Source of the DNA: Octopus vulgaris
Lineage: Eukaryota
DNA: 64,000 nt
Direction: 5' to 3'
NCBI GenBank assembly: GCA_951406725.2
Contig: OX597817.1
Location: 74,710,001-74,774,000, forward strand
Under the pieces are notes generated by a model. It worked only from the letters and a program-made list of their open reading frames with translations. It had not been told where the DNA came from and made no database searches. Position numbers and translations under genes: made by a program. This document shows positions 1 through 12,088 of the stretch, one piece after another (positions within the stretch are counted from its first letter, which is position 1; every line of letters begins with the position of its first letter).

Positions 1-133
1 AGATAGAGAGATAGAGTAAGAGGAGTGACTGAAAAGAGTGAGATTGGATGTGAAAGCCAAGGAAAAGGACAGAAAGTGAACAATGAGGTGAAGAGATAAA
101 GAAAGTCAGATACTTAAAACATTGAAAATGAAA

Positions 134-171
<38 letters not shown>

Positions 172-180
172 GTGTGTGTG

Positions 181-306
181 CACTCTCTTGGAAATTAATG
201 AAATATTATTAAGAATAAAGTAAAATAATATCTCATAGGCAATGAGAGAAAACGTGTTCATCTGCACGTGTTCATCTGCACGTGTGCACCCATGTGTGTG
301 TATGTG

Positions 307-359
<53 letters not shown>

Positions 360-483
360 ACTCACTTCTGTGTATCTTTGCAAATTTCTGGGAAACTGAT
401 GAAAGTAAAATAATATTTGACAAGGCAGTGAGAGAAAACATGTTCATTTGTACGTGTGTACCCATGTGTGTGTATGTGCATAT

Positions 484-515
<32 letters not shown>

Positions 516-650
516 ACTCACATCTGTAAATTTCTTGGAAACTGATTAAATATTATCAAGAATAAATTAAATATTTGACAGGCAGTGAGAGAAAATGTGT
601 TCATTTGCACGCACGTGCCCACGTGTGTGTGCCCATGTGTGTGTGTATGT
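181..650. repeat. Three tandem ~160-180 bp units, each ending in (GT)n
   Basis: GGAAA.TGAT.AA..AGGCAGTGAGAGAAAA..TGTTCAT.TG.ACG repeated at ~190, 390 and 540. Confidence 0.8.
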
Positions 651-685
651 AAAAAATAGGGGAGGGACAGTAAAATTAATAAATA

Positions 686-1145
686 GAGCAAAACTGGCAA
701 CAAGTGTCTTCTACTACGAAGTGTAAGGCAGATTATATGAAGCTTGTGTTAGAAACTGTGATACTGTATAATAGTGAGAATAGAGAGGAACTGTGAAGAC
801 TGGGAAGAAATGAAGTGAGCATGTTCTGTCAGATAAGCAATGCAAGTGTGCATGAACCACATAGTACAAATGAAATGTGCTGAGAAATAAAATGGGTGTA
901 TGAGGAATCAGATGTAGTCTGCGAGAAAGAAGACTGTACTGGTATGGACATTTGATGTATGTGAATGAAGCAGTTGTATAAAGAAGGGCTGATCATTTAT
1001 GGTGGATGGATTTTGTAGAAGAAGGAGGCTCAGAGAGATTTGGAACAAAGTAGTGATGGCTGATCTCAGGACCTTGAAGCTCACAGAGAAGATGACAAGG
1101 GACTGAAATGACAGGCAATATGCAGTCCCAGAAAAGACCTGCCCA
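686..1145 (+). mobile_element. Decayed RTE-clade LINE 3' ORF fragment
   Basis: Frameshifted motifs GRLYEACV...ILYNSE, RRLYWYGHL and W..VV.ADL, typical of the RTE C-terminus. Confidence 0.65.
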
Positions 1146-1317
1146 GTTCAGCTAAAATGATGTTCTTGAAGCATTGTGACACTGCGTGTGTGTGTGTTGT
1201 GTGTGCATGTGTGTGCGTGCATGTGTGTGTGTATATTTTGTTGTGTCTTGGGTAAATCATTATGCCAATAATGATAACAAATACAAATACAAAAGTGTAG
1301 TGAATATGTATATATAT

Positions 1318-1640
1318 ATCATCATCATCATTTAATGTCCGCTTTCCATGCTAGCATGGGTTGGACGGTTCAACTGGGGTCTGTGAAGCCAGAAGGCTGC
1401 TTCAGGCCCAGTCTGATCTGGCAGTGTTTCTATGGCTGGATGCCCTTCCTTACGCCAACCACTCCGTGAGTGTAGTGGGTGCTTTTTACGTGCCACCCGC
1501 ACAGGTGCCAGACAGAGCTGGCAGACGGCCACGGACGGATGGTGCTTTTACGTGCCACCGGCATGGAGGCCAGTCGGGGCGGCACTGGCAATGGCCACGA
1601 TCGGATGGTTCGCTTACTTGTCACCGGCACTGGTATCACA
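1318..1640 (-). mobile_element. SINE family C with RTE-type (GAT)n tail
   Basis: Minus strand GCACGTAAAAAGCACC..GGAAGGGCATCCAGC..CCCATGCTAGCATGGAAAGCGGAC..(GAT)n; homologs at ~2560, 26590, 28525, 34120, 35690, 38850, 41975 and 62105. Confidence 0.8.
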
Positions 1641-1673
1641 GCTGCAATTTCCATTGATGTTGATCGGCTTCGA

Positions 1674-1904
1674 TTTTGGTTCTGCTTTCTGATATCTGAT
1701 TTGATTTGGTTTGAATTTGATTTTGATTTTGATTTTCACTTGCCTCAACGGGTCTTCACAAGTGGAGTTTTGTGTCCCAAGAAGAAAAGGTATGTATAAG
1801 TCGACTGGCTACTTTGGTTCTGCTTTCTGATATCTGATTTGATTTGGTTTGATTTTGATTTTGATTTTGATTTTCACTTGCCTCAACGGGTCTTCACAAG
1901 TGGA
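1674..1904. repeat. Tandem duplication (~140-bp period) with (TTTGAT)n
   Basis: TTTGGTTCTGCTTTCTGATATCTGATTTG...CACTTGCCTCAACGGGTCTTCACAAGTGGA occurs twice. Confidence 0.85.
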
Positions 1905-1933
1905 ATATATATATATAAACATATATATATATA

Positions 1934-1968
<35 letters not shown>

Positions 1969-1969
<1 letters not shown>

Positions 1970-2270
1970 GAGGCACAATGGCCCAGTGGTTAGGGCAGCG
2001 GACTCGCGGTTGTAGGATCGCGGTTTCGATTCCCAGACCAGGTGTTGTGAGTGTTTATTGAGCGAAAACACCTATAGCTCCACGAGGCTCCGGCAGGGGG
2101 TGGTGGCGATCCCTGCTGTACTCTTTCGCCGCAACTTTCTCTCACTCTTTCTTCTGTTGGCCTGCTCACTTAGCCAGCGGGGTGGCATCATTTGAAGGCT
2201 AAAACAATGCGAAGCGCATTGTGACCAGCGATGTGTAGCAACATTTGATAGCCTGGTAGGTCACGGTGAT
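1969..2270 (+). mobile_element. tRNA-derived SINE family A (tRNA-Arg-like head)
   Basis: A box TGGCCCAGTGG, B box GGTTTCGATTCCC; inserted in (TA)n; homologs at 13794-14090, 35348-35602 and 42181-42264. Confidence 0.85.
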
Positions 2271-2820
2271 ATATATATATATTTTCAGAAATTTAATTAT
2301 ATGACCAGTCATAGAGTGACTGATGGTTTCACATCCATAAAGCATTTACCATTATAGATGACTCGTTCATACTCCAATGGCCAGTTATCGATGCAAAACC
2401 ATTGGTCACTCTATGACTAGCCATGTAATTAACTTCTTGTAAATACATTATGACTGTAACCTTTAGAATGTGCTTCCTTTTCAGATATATGATCCACTGA
2501 TGATACACAAACACACACACCCCCACACACACACACTCACACACACACACACACAGGTATCATCATCATCATCATCATCATCATTTAACGTGTTTTCCAC
2601 AGGTTCGAAGGTTTGACTGAAATTGGTAAGCTGGACAGCTGCACCAGGTTCCAGTCTGATTTGGCATGGTTTGATTTGGCATGCCCCTCTGAATGCTAAC
2701 CACTTCAAGAGTGTAATAGGTGCTTTTTACATGCCAGGCTCCTCACCCAGTTTCTTCTCAAGTCACCCCACTTCCCATCAACTTTCTAACAGCAGCTTTT
2801 CCTTGAACCATTTCCTTTGA

Positions 2821-3077
2821 TTCTTTTATTCTTTTATTTGTTTCAGTCATTTGACTGAGGCCATGCTGGAGCAGTGCCTTTAGTCAAACAAATCGACCCC
2901 AGAACTTATTCTTTGTAAGCCTAGTACTTATTCTATCGCTCTCTTTGCCAAACCGCTAAGTTACGGGGACGTAAACTCACCAGCATTGGTTGTCAAGCGA
3001 TGGTGGTGGGGGGAACAAACACAGACACACAAACATACACACATGCACACACACACACACACACACACACGCACGCA

Positions 3078-3109
<32 letters not shown>

Positions 3110-3280
3110 CATATATATGACAGGCTTTTTTCAGTTTCCGTCTACCAAATCCACTTACAAAGCTTTGGTTGGCCTGGGTCTATAGTAGAAGACACTTGCC
3201 CAAAGTGCCATGCAGTGGGACTGAACCTGGAACCATGTGGTTGGTAAGCAGGCTACTTACCACACAGCCACACCTGCGCC
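2821..3280 (-). mobile_element. SINE family B, full length with internal (CA)n
   Basis: Head GGCGCAGGTGTGGCTGTGTGGTAAG..GGTTCAGTCCCAC..TTGGGCAAGTGTCTTCTACTATAG..GGATTTGGTAGACGGAAACTG; near-identical copy at 59121-59534. Confidence 0.85.
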
Positions 3281-3446
3281 TATTTATCTTTCATCCTTAT
3301 ACTGTCCTCTCTACCTGAATTTTACATTGATCACCACCCACCAGCCATCAAATTGCCTCTCCTTATCTAATATCATATATCATTCACACTCCCATGCACT
3401 ATGCTTATCTCTCTCCCCCACACTCTGGCAACCAACCCAATCTCAT

Positions 3447-3490
<44 letters not shown>

Positions 3491-3565
3491 ATCTTCCCAC
3501 TGTATTGAGTTTCAACATTTATTATTTTGCTGCTTTTCTTCATGCATCAATGACAAAGTAAAGTA

Positions 3566-3810
3566 AAGTTACTTTATCACGTCATACTGATTCATATGGG
3601 CTGGTTTCCTGGTTTCATGATGTATATATTCCCCACCTGGACGGGACGATGGTCCATCACAGGATTACTCATTTATGCCAGCTGTGTGGACTGGGGCAAC
3701 ATGAAATGAAGTATTTTTCTTGAGAACACAATGCATTGCTTGGTCCATGAATCAAAACCACAATCTTATGATCATGAGTCCAACACCCTAACCACTAAAC
3801 CATGCACTTC
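3566..3810 (-). mobile_element. Additional tRNA-headed SINE (family E)
   Basis: Minus-strand head GTGCATGGTTTAGTGGTTAGGGTGTTGGACTCATGATC..GGTTTTGATTC; related piece at ~14200-14360. Confidence 0.6.
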
Positions 3811-4529
3811 CACTGCATCATTGACACCACACTCCTTATCCCACATTCATTACATCCACCAGTCAACCCTTGTTTTTCATTCATTATATGCATACACTCC
3901 TCACTCATTCCCCTGCTCTCACTCCCCTATACACTCTTACAGCCTCTATCCAACCACATTCCCAATTCCTCTGTCCTTACCCACTTCTATACACCTTATG
4001 CCTTGAGGGTCCACCCAGATATCATACTGATTTCAAATTTTGGCACAAGGCCAGTAAGTTTAGGGGAGGGGATGGACAATTAAATCAACCCCAGTGCTCA
4101 ACTGGTACTTGTTTTATCAACCCTCAAATGATGAAAAGCAAAGTCGATCTTGGCAGCATTTGAACTCAGAATGTCAAGATGGAAATATAATGCTGTCAAG
4201 CATTTTGCCCAGTGTGCTAACGATTCTGTCAGCTCACTGCCTTCCACTCAGGTATCATATTACAACTATTTTTATGTCTTTCCAACCCCACCTTGATCAC
4301 CACCACATTACCCTTTTTCTTTTTTAAATTGTGAATGGCCATGTAGCTGCTGTGGCTCCTTCTCTCATACTTTGACCCCTCATCCCTTAGCATAAAGCCA
4401 CCACTCTTAGGTTCAGAGTCTTCTAGTTGTATGGTGACTTCACTGGCACTGCTATCATCTAGTATATGCTGTTACATAATTGGCATTAGGAAGGACATTC
4501 AGCCACCAAAACAACAATAATGATGATAA

Positions 4530-4571
<42 letters not shown>

Positions 4572-4770
4572 TTGCATTTCTAAATTTCTCGGAGAGATTT
4601 ATACAGTAACAGCATTTTAAAGTGATGGTATGTTGTCAACTTAACGTGACAGTCCCATGAAAGGGGAAGAATGCTACCGCTATTTAGGCCCAGGAAACAC
4701 CATTTCCAGTTGGCCATTACACATTTTCTGTGTCCTTATGTTTTCAAAGGGGGAGATAAGTTCCTCCACC

Positions 4771-4847
4771 CAGCAAAGCCAGCATACAGAGACTAGTTTC
4801 AGAGTCATTACTCATCATCAGTCTGGAGTGGCATGGCTTGCTAGCTG
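4771..4847 (-). ncRNA. Type I hammerhead ribozyme motif (Penelope/retrozyme-like)
   Basis: Minus strand: AAGCC AUGC CACUC CAGA CUGAUGA UGAGuaaugaCUCU GAAAC UA GUC UCUG UAU GC U GGCUU. Both core boxes, GUC cleavage triplet, stem I CAGA/UCUG extended by AAGCC/GGCUU, palindromic stem III (ACUAGU). The first stem II pair is a U-U mismatch. Confidence 0.7.
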
Positions 4848-5585
4848 AATTCTTTACTACAGGTACAAGACCTAAACACAGCTGGGACATACACAGACAT
4901 GCGGGAACAAAAAAACACATGAAAGGATGAATGTAAAATGAATTAAATTACAATGCAAATGAGATGGCCATCTTGCTCCCGCTCTGAGATGAAACTGTGC
5001 TCTCCTTTTTTTTCTTTTTCACCCTTACATTTTGAATAACAATTTCCAGCCCTGCTCCGAGGTGAAACCGCGACTTCTCTTTTCCTGTCCACCCTATATT
5101 TTAAAGAAAACGTTTTAACGACTGTTCATTCAATAGTTACAGGGTTTACTTATTTTTTCCTTTTTTTTTAACCAAATGTTTTTCTCAGTCTTTCACACTC
5201 TTTAGAATAAATCATGACTTACCACTTCATCTTCTCCTTTTCATCCACATAATTCACTACCGAGGTGTGAGGTTCAATATCCACCTGCAACCCCAGTAGA
5301 TTCACTCTTTCATAATGTCTTTCAATTTTGGAATTCTTTTAACTTTTAGGTTGTCCTATATTTTACTATACACTTTACTTCTGTTTGTGTCTTGCATGTT
5401 TGCGTTTTTTGTCTCTGTATTTCTCTAAGTCTTGGCTTTCATGTGATTGTATTTGTGTGTCTGTGTGTTTGTATATTTATGTGTCTGTGTGTTTGTTTGA
5501 CTGTAATTCTGTGTGTTTCGTCTGTATGTCTGTGCTTTTAAGTTTCTGTGATTCTGTGTTATCTTGTATCTGTTTGTCTATATTT

Positions 5586-6215
5586 CTATGCATTTGTATG
5601 TCTGTGTGTTTGTGTGTCTGAATGTTTATGTACTTGTAAATCCTTTACTGAGGATCCTACTAGTGAATCTTCCTCATTTCTCATCATAGGTTGGATTACC
5701 TCTTCCATTGTGTTGCACTTCTTCAGTTCCACTATCACCAGTGACTTCCTTCTCTCTCTTTTTCTTGCTTTCACCCTGCAAAATTCCCATCTTGTTCTGA
5801 TATCTGTTTCTGCTGTTTCTCCACCATTATATTCTCCTGAATACTCTCCTCTACAGTTTCCACTGCTGCTCTAGTGCATTTCTTTCTCAAGTGACCTCTT
5901 TCACCACATTCATAACACTTTGGGGTCCTCCCCTCCAACATTATCTCCGGCTTTTCTTCATTTGGTAGCTCTAAAGTTTCAGGTATTTTGTTGTAATATT
6001 TCTGGCTCACTGCACAAATCATCTCTAATCCATAGCCCCACTACTTCACTTGTTGGGTTTGGTTTATCATGCCCATCTTCACCTCTTCACTTCCTTATTT
6101 CCTTCCTTATTTCCAAATAAAAAAAATTGCGGCTATTATCCACTCTGGATCTATCCACAGTGGGATTCTTCCCACCCTAATTCTAACAATTCGTTTTACC
6201 AAACAGTTTAGCATC
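5586..6215 (-). pseudogene. Disrupted CCHC zinc-knuckle ORF (non-LTR ORF1/Gag-like)
   Basis: ...IPETLELPNEEKPEIMLEGRTPKCYECGERGHLRKKC (C-X2-C-X4-H-X4-C at 5876-5917). The upstream frame gives GKRIVRIRVGRIPLWIDPEWIIAA, separated by frameshifts/stops. The IP..L...I..EGR.P.C..C...GH....C context resembles Tx1/L1-type ORF1 proteins. Confidence 0.65.
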
Positions 6216-6319
6216 AATGTGTAATGGCAAACTGGAAACGGTGTTTCCTGGGGCTAAGTAGCAGTAGCATTCTTCCCCTTTCATGGGACTGTCACATTAA
6301 GTTGACAACATACCATCAC

Positions 6320-6389
<70 letters not shown>

Positions 6390-6414
6390 AATATATATTT
6401 GTGTATATATATAT

Positions 6415-7455
6415 TGCGAAGATAATCAAGTACTCGACTGAGGAAAGAAAACTCTGAATGACCTGTCCTTGTTTTCTTTGTATCGTCTATCTGGATGTTT
6501 TGTTGTCACATTTTTGTATCACCTAACTGTTTGGATGGTTTGCATTCTTGTCCCATTTTGCATTTTTTATATATGTAGATATATATGTATATATAGCAGC
6601 GTGTGTACACATTAGTTTCTTATATGTAAGTATACATTTTAAAAAAATCTTGTATGACTCTATTTCTGTCTATCAGCCCTTTCACACTTATTCGTTCATT
6701 TCTCTCTTCATTCTTTTGTTCCCCCTCTCTCACATTTCCTTGCCTTCTCTTCTTGCTCACTTTCCCTCCACTTTTCACTTCACCGTGTCCCTGTCATTTT
6801 TTCTTACCCCTCCTTAATTCTTCTGTCCCTCTGCCTCTACCTCTCTCTCTTCTCTACCCACTTGACCAGCGTTCGGCCAAGCCTGATCTTTCTTTCTTTG
6901 CCAGCCGTCGTCCATGCAACATCGATATTCTTCCCTGTGCCTGTGAAATCTTGTATCCCTGCCATAAGGCTTTATTTCCACACACGCCAACTTAATTTAA
7001 TTCGTCCTTAGTCGAAAGACACCTGTTGTTATGTCCTGTTATTATTTTTATTGTATTTGTGTAACATTCTCTGTTTTTCTCTATCCTTGTTTTTGTATAC
7101 ATTCGCTGCTTTCTTCCAAGGAATCTAATGCCCTTTGCTTAGTTTTTCCTTGGGGCTGGCCAGATTGGAGCAATCTCGATTATAATCAGCTGAAATTACG
7201 AAAATAATCTGGTACTCAACTGAGGAAAGAAAACTCCAAATGAGTCGTCCTTGTTTTCTTTGTATTGTCTATCTGGATGTTTTGTTGTCCCATTTTTGTA
7301 TCACCTAACAGTCCAAATGTTTTGCGTTCTTGTCCCATTTTGTGTTTTTTATATATATTATATATATATATATATATAATTTATAATTTTATATATATTA
7401 TTTATATTTTATATATATATAGCAGCGTACGTACACTTTGGTCTCTTATATGTAA
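6415..7455. repeat. Direct repeats (~215-260 bp) flanking a ~570-bp core; LTR-like or partial tandem unit
   Basis: 6415-6629 matches ~7197-7455 (ACTGAGGAAAGAAAACTC...GCAGCGT..GTACAC...CTTATATGTAA). Confidence 0.75.
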
Positions 7456-8179
7456 TATATATATATATATACACTCACATACACCTGACTAAACAAGCTC
7501 AGTGGGTTCCCAGTTTAGTTACTGATGATCTGACCATGTAGCAGGTACACATATACACAGGTGCAAGTGTGACCATATGGTTAGAAGTTTACTTGCTAAT
7601 TTTCGGTTCAGTGGACCAGGTGACACTTGCACTTTAGGTCGATTAAAGCCAATGGATTTGGTAGATGGAAACTGGAAGAAGCTCGACTCTGGGGTCGATG
7701 GCTTCGGCTAATACATTTCCTTTAAAAACTGCCGGGTTTTTTTTTTTTTTATTGGAGGCTGTTATACTAAGGCGGAAAGGCAACGATGGAATCGTTAGAA
7801 CATCGGACTAAAACCTGCAACCCTGATTTGACATGCTGTCGCGATCAACTTTGTCTTTCATATTTTCGGGGTCGGTAAAATAAAAAAAAGTATTACTGAA
7901 GTACAGAGATAACATCAATTAACGCAAATTTGTGCATAAGTCGGAGACCATAGTATCAAGGGAGATAATTATGATTTTGCAGTCTCAGAGTTACATTTCT
8001 TGGTTTCCTTATACATGCTTCCGGGTCATTGTATTGATTTCATAGCAAAAGGAATATCAATTTAAGCGAAGGGAACGTACTCGGTCTTACTGATGCAAGT
8101 ACTTGGGTTGTACTTCACTCTATTATATGAATAAAAAAAATTAATATGGACATATCTAAACAAGTGTATATCTTCTGGT

Positions 8180-8830
8180 TTCGTTTCTTTATCATTTTCG
8201 GAAAAATAGATACTTTTAAATGAAATTTTCAATACCTTTCAAGAAGGTAAATTCCGATCATATCGGAATTTGTTGTGCAAAATATTTTTTCAGGGGATGA
8301 GGGACAGGAGTTTCGAATAATTCACACAAGTCGACTTTGCTTTTTCATAACTTTCAGAAAAAATGGTATTTTTTAAATGAAATTTCCTACAAATAGCTTT
8401 CAGATGGTGTAGATTATGACGATATGGGAAATAAATGTTAAAAAAAAAAAAGATTTAATGGTATGTGCACACGTTTACATACTGACAAACTTCACTTAAT
8501 TTATTATTTTTTCAAAATTTTAAGTTTCATTTGATACGTGCCACTATGCATGTGTGCGCACCCACCAATTTTTCCCCCCACATTAAATTTCGATATAATT
8601 GTAACCTACACCATCGGAAAGGTAGCTGTAGTAATTTCATCAAAAATATTCATTTTTCTGAAAGTTATGAGGAAACAAAGTTGATGATGGGCACATTTGT
8701 ATATGTATCTCAGTATATGGGGACTACGTTTTTCCACATTAAATTCCGATATAATTGTAAACTACCATTTAACAAGCACATGAAGAAAATTTCATTTAAA
8801 AATACTTATTTTTCTAAAAGTTATGAAGAA
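8180..8830. mobile_element. Foldback-like element with internally repeated inverted arms
   Basis: 8345-8438 is the reverse complement of ~8580-8670, and ~8190-8280 pairs with ~8735-8826; two related subunits per arm. Confidence 0.5.
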
Positions 8831-10019
8831 TCAAAGTTGTGGTGTGGGGTTGCACACATGTACAGGTATGCGAGAATATGATGACTACAATGACGATAAA
8901 AAGGACAACAATGAGGGTAAGGTTGGGCGTGGATGCTGTGCATTGTGCATACACCTATTATATTGCACTCCTAAAGCTTACCTTTCTTTTCAGTGATAGA
9001 AAATATTTCAGCTCTGATCAGTCTACAAACCTCAAATATATAATATTTTTTTGTTAGGATGCAATCACTTCAATTTCATTTATTTATTTATTTATTTATA
9101 TCTATTCATTCGAGAACAGGCAAACCTAAGCATTATATTTCTTTTTTGAGTCTAAACTCAAAATTCTAAATAGATAGATAGATATGAATATGAAAAAAGA
9201 TGTATTTAAATATGAGTGTATTTGGAGGCCTTTTAAGTAGGGGAGCATGAAAATGATATACATTTATGAGCGTGGAAAATGTGTGCATATGTTTAGATAG
9301 ATATATGTATGTCTATACAATTGTATGTATATACATTTGTATGTATTCTAGTGTTAAATAAATGTATATGTATGTAGAAGAGAGTGTACAAGTAAATCTT
9401 CTTGAATTAATAACCTCTTTAAATGACTTGCAAAGCAAGGGTGACAAAACCAGACAACAGTAAAACTATACAACCAAAATTAAGTCCATAAGCAGACAGG
9501 TTTTATTTTACTGCCCTGCTAAGGAACTAACCATCTGCCACTAATTTCCTTTGAAGTAGAACTGTAAAAGACATAAGAGACTAGTAATTGTTCATGTTCA
9601 TCTTCTTATGACATTACTATCTTAGAATGTTTGTTTATTTTCCTAATAGTTCACACAAGTCCATAGATAAAAATGAAGTCAATGAAGGGTTTCTTATTTT
9701 CATTAACTTATATTTGGCATCTTTTCTCATTTGTACCAGTTTATATTTCGGTGTTGTCCTTTGTCAATGGAATGGTCAAAATAATATAGTGATGTGGGTA
9801 TAAAACAGAGAGAAACTAAAGATGATCTAAAAGTGGTTTGAACACCACTCACCTGAAGACGTGCATATATACAGCTATTGTTGGATCATATTGATGTAAT
9901 AATGTGTATAATATACATAACTTTCATCAATTACCATCTGATACTGATGTGTCAAAACAATTATAGTGATTTGTAATAAAGCCTGTTCATTTCATCTTCT
10001 TGAATTAAAATTCGTTTGT

Positions 10020-10091
<72 letters not shown>

Positions 10092-11479
10092 TGGGGTTGA
10101 ATGAATGAATGTATATGTGTGTGTGTGTGAACTTCCATAATATAAAATCAAAATGGAGAATGATTTTATTTTTGAATGTTTTAATTCATTTTATTTTAAG
10201 GTATTTAACTTTCAAATGAAAAATATTAATTTAAGGTAATTAATATTTTTCATTTGAAAATTATTCATTTCATTATTTTCTTTAAGCACCAAGAAAGTTG
10301 ACAAAAGTTATAATTGTTGTATTTGGGCCATATTTTTTTATATTACTCATAGTGGCAAAAATATACTTCCAAAGTTACCAGCCATAAGAGGTTAACTCCC
10401 TAGTTTCTTACAAATCAACATTATGCAGGAACTCTACTTTGGTTATTATGGCACTAAGCAGATATAAAATAAATCTGCAAAGCAGATGAAAGTCTGTCAT
10501 AGATAGTTTTACCTGTAATGTGGATATGAGCTTAACATTGTAAGCCAACAAATCCATTATCACTTTTACACTACAGCCTATACTACCCTGCATAAATTGT
10601 ATAGACTGTTAAGGCAGTTAGCTAGCAGAATTGTTAGTATGATGGACAAAATACTTAGAGATACTTCATCTGTATTTATGTTCTGAGTTCAAATTCTGTC
10701 ACGGTTGGCTTTGCTTTTCATCCTTTCAGGGTTGATAAAATAGAATACCAGTTGAGCACTGGGGTTGATGTAATCAACTACTCACCTCTAACAAAATATA
10801 AGGCTTTGTGCCTATTTTAGAAAGGATTAATTATATAGAAGGTTGAGACAATAAGCTAGACTACGTCTAAAAAAACAAAAAAAAAATGACAGATGTTTAT
10901 TCTGAAATGCCCTTTGATTGTAGTAGGTATGTTGACAAGAGCTGACCTGGAGCTAAACAAACAATTTCCAAAGAGAGTTGAGCCAATGAGGGACTCTCTA
11001 CATGCTTACTTGAGCTACTAGATATAGTAGTCAATTTTCTTGAAATCACAATCTGCCATCATAAAAAAATGAATATATTAGGTAATATATACATAGTGAT
11101 TCAAAAGCCCCTTCAGCGTCTGGATTTTATTTTTCATTTAAATGTTAAATAGACTTCTGGATCATACTAGTCCTTGATACTCCTTCTTGTGCCATCAGAT
11201 TAATGAATAGGGATTTCTTTTACAGGGTACAAGATGTTTTGACACAGCCATTTTGGTGCTGCCTGTCTGGCATCACTGATTTGATAATATTTCTCTCATT
11301 CTCTCTCTGTTTATGTATGTGAGCATCAAGTTATGCTACTATATATGAGTAATGACTCTCTTTCTTTCTTCCTATCTCTTGCTCTTTATGTATGTATTTA
11401 TGCATACATGTGTGTGTGTGTTTGCCTCCAGTGCATAATAGTACTGTTAACAAAACAGGTTGAATTTCCAGTCAACTGC

Positions 11480-11790
11480 ACCAAATCATCAGTGTCCAAA
11501 CAGCTGTGCCCAATTGTCTCATTTCATCAATAACAAGTGCTTATTATTGTGATCTATTTGGAGCAGTTCTTAGCTGGTTGACAGCCAAATCACTGCTTCA
11601 TGTCATCAGCCCACTGCTACCATGCTAAAGCTTTCCTAGAATAGTACTAAACACAATGGCTTGCTCTAGACTCTGCAATGGCTGGTTGTTAATGTGGCCT
11701 AAGTATAGTTAATTTCCACTTGTGCACAGTGTTTAGCAGGCCGAGAAAATTGCCTGCTATGTCTGTTCAACGAGAGCAGATCAAGGTCTA
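11480..11790 (-). mobile_element. Decayed RTE LINE 3' fragment
   Basis: Minus-strand LGHINN..LEQAI and WADDMKQ motifs. Confidence 0.5.
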
Positions 11791-11866
11791 AATAACAATC
11801 AAGAATAGCTCTGTATGAGGAAGGGAGATAAGCTCAAGAATCAAGAATTTTCCAAAGTTGACAAAC

Positions 11867-12088
11867 CTATTTCTTTACTACCCACAAGGGGCTAAACACA
11901 GAGAGGACAAACAAGGACAGACAAATGGATTAAGTCGATTATATCGACTCCAGTGCATAACTGGTACTTATTTAATCGACCCCGAAAGGATGAAAGGCAA
12001 AGTTGACCCCGGTGGAATTTGAACTCAGAACGTAGCGGCAGACGAAATACTGCTAAGCATTTTGCCCAGCGTGCTAACATTTCTGCCA
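11867..12088 (-). mobile_element. SINE family D (Nin/Deu-domain-like central GCCTTTCATCCTTTCGGGGTCGAT..AAGTACCAG)
   Basis: tRNA-like head TGGCAGAA..GTTAGC..GAGTTCAAATTCC; homologs at ~4030-4245, 7770-7950, 10610-10830, 12935-13150 and 34480-34680. Confidence 0.8.

Larger units (their letters stand above)
4620..6321 (-). mobile_element. Inverted-repeat-bounded element with decayed CCHC ORF1/Gag-like ORF and hammerhead ribozyme motif
   Basis: 4620-4725 and 6216-6321 are reverse complements (106 bp, 6 mismatches by eye). Internal minus-strand zinc-knuckle ORF and HHR motif; (TA)n tracts on both sides. Confidence 0.7.

Noticed and set aside
1969-2045. Possible tRNA gene
   Set aside because: A/B boxes continue into a repeated SINE body; no proper acceptor stem or poly-T terminator.
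4657-4848. ORF MKGEECYRYLGP resembling the RT YKYLG motif
   Set aside because: Short, lies within the inverted repeat and HHR antisense; no other RT motifs nearby.
6436-6475. CTGAGGA motif as a hammerhead core (also ~7220)
   Set aside because: Followed by GAAT/CAAAT instead of GAAA, and the stems do not pair convincingly.
10408-10593. Possible minus-strand exon with AG/GT boundaries
   Set aside because: No recognisable protein similarity; the alternative EGF-like frame is bounded by stops.
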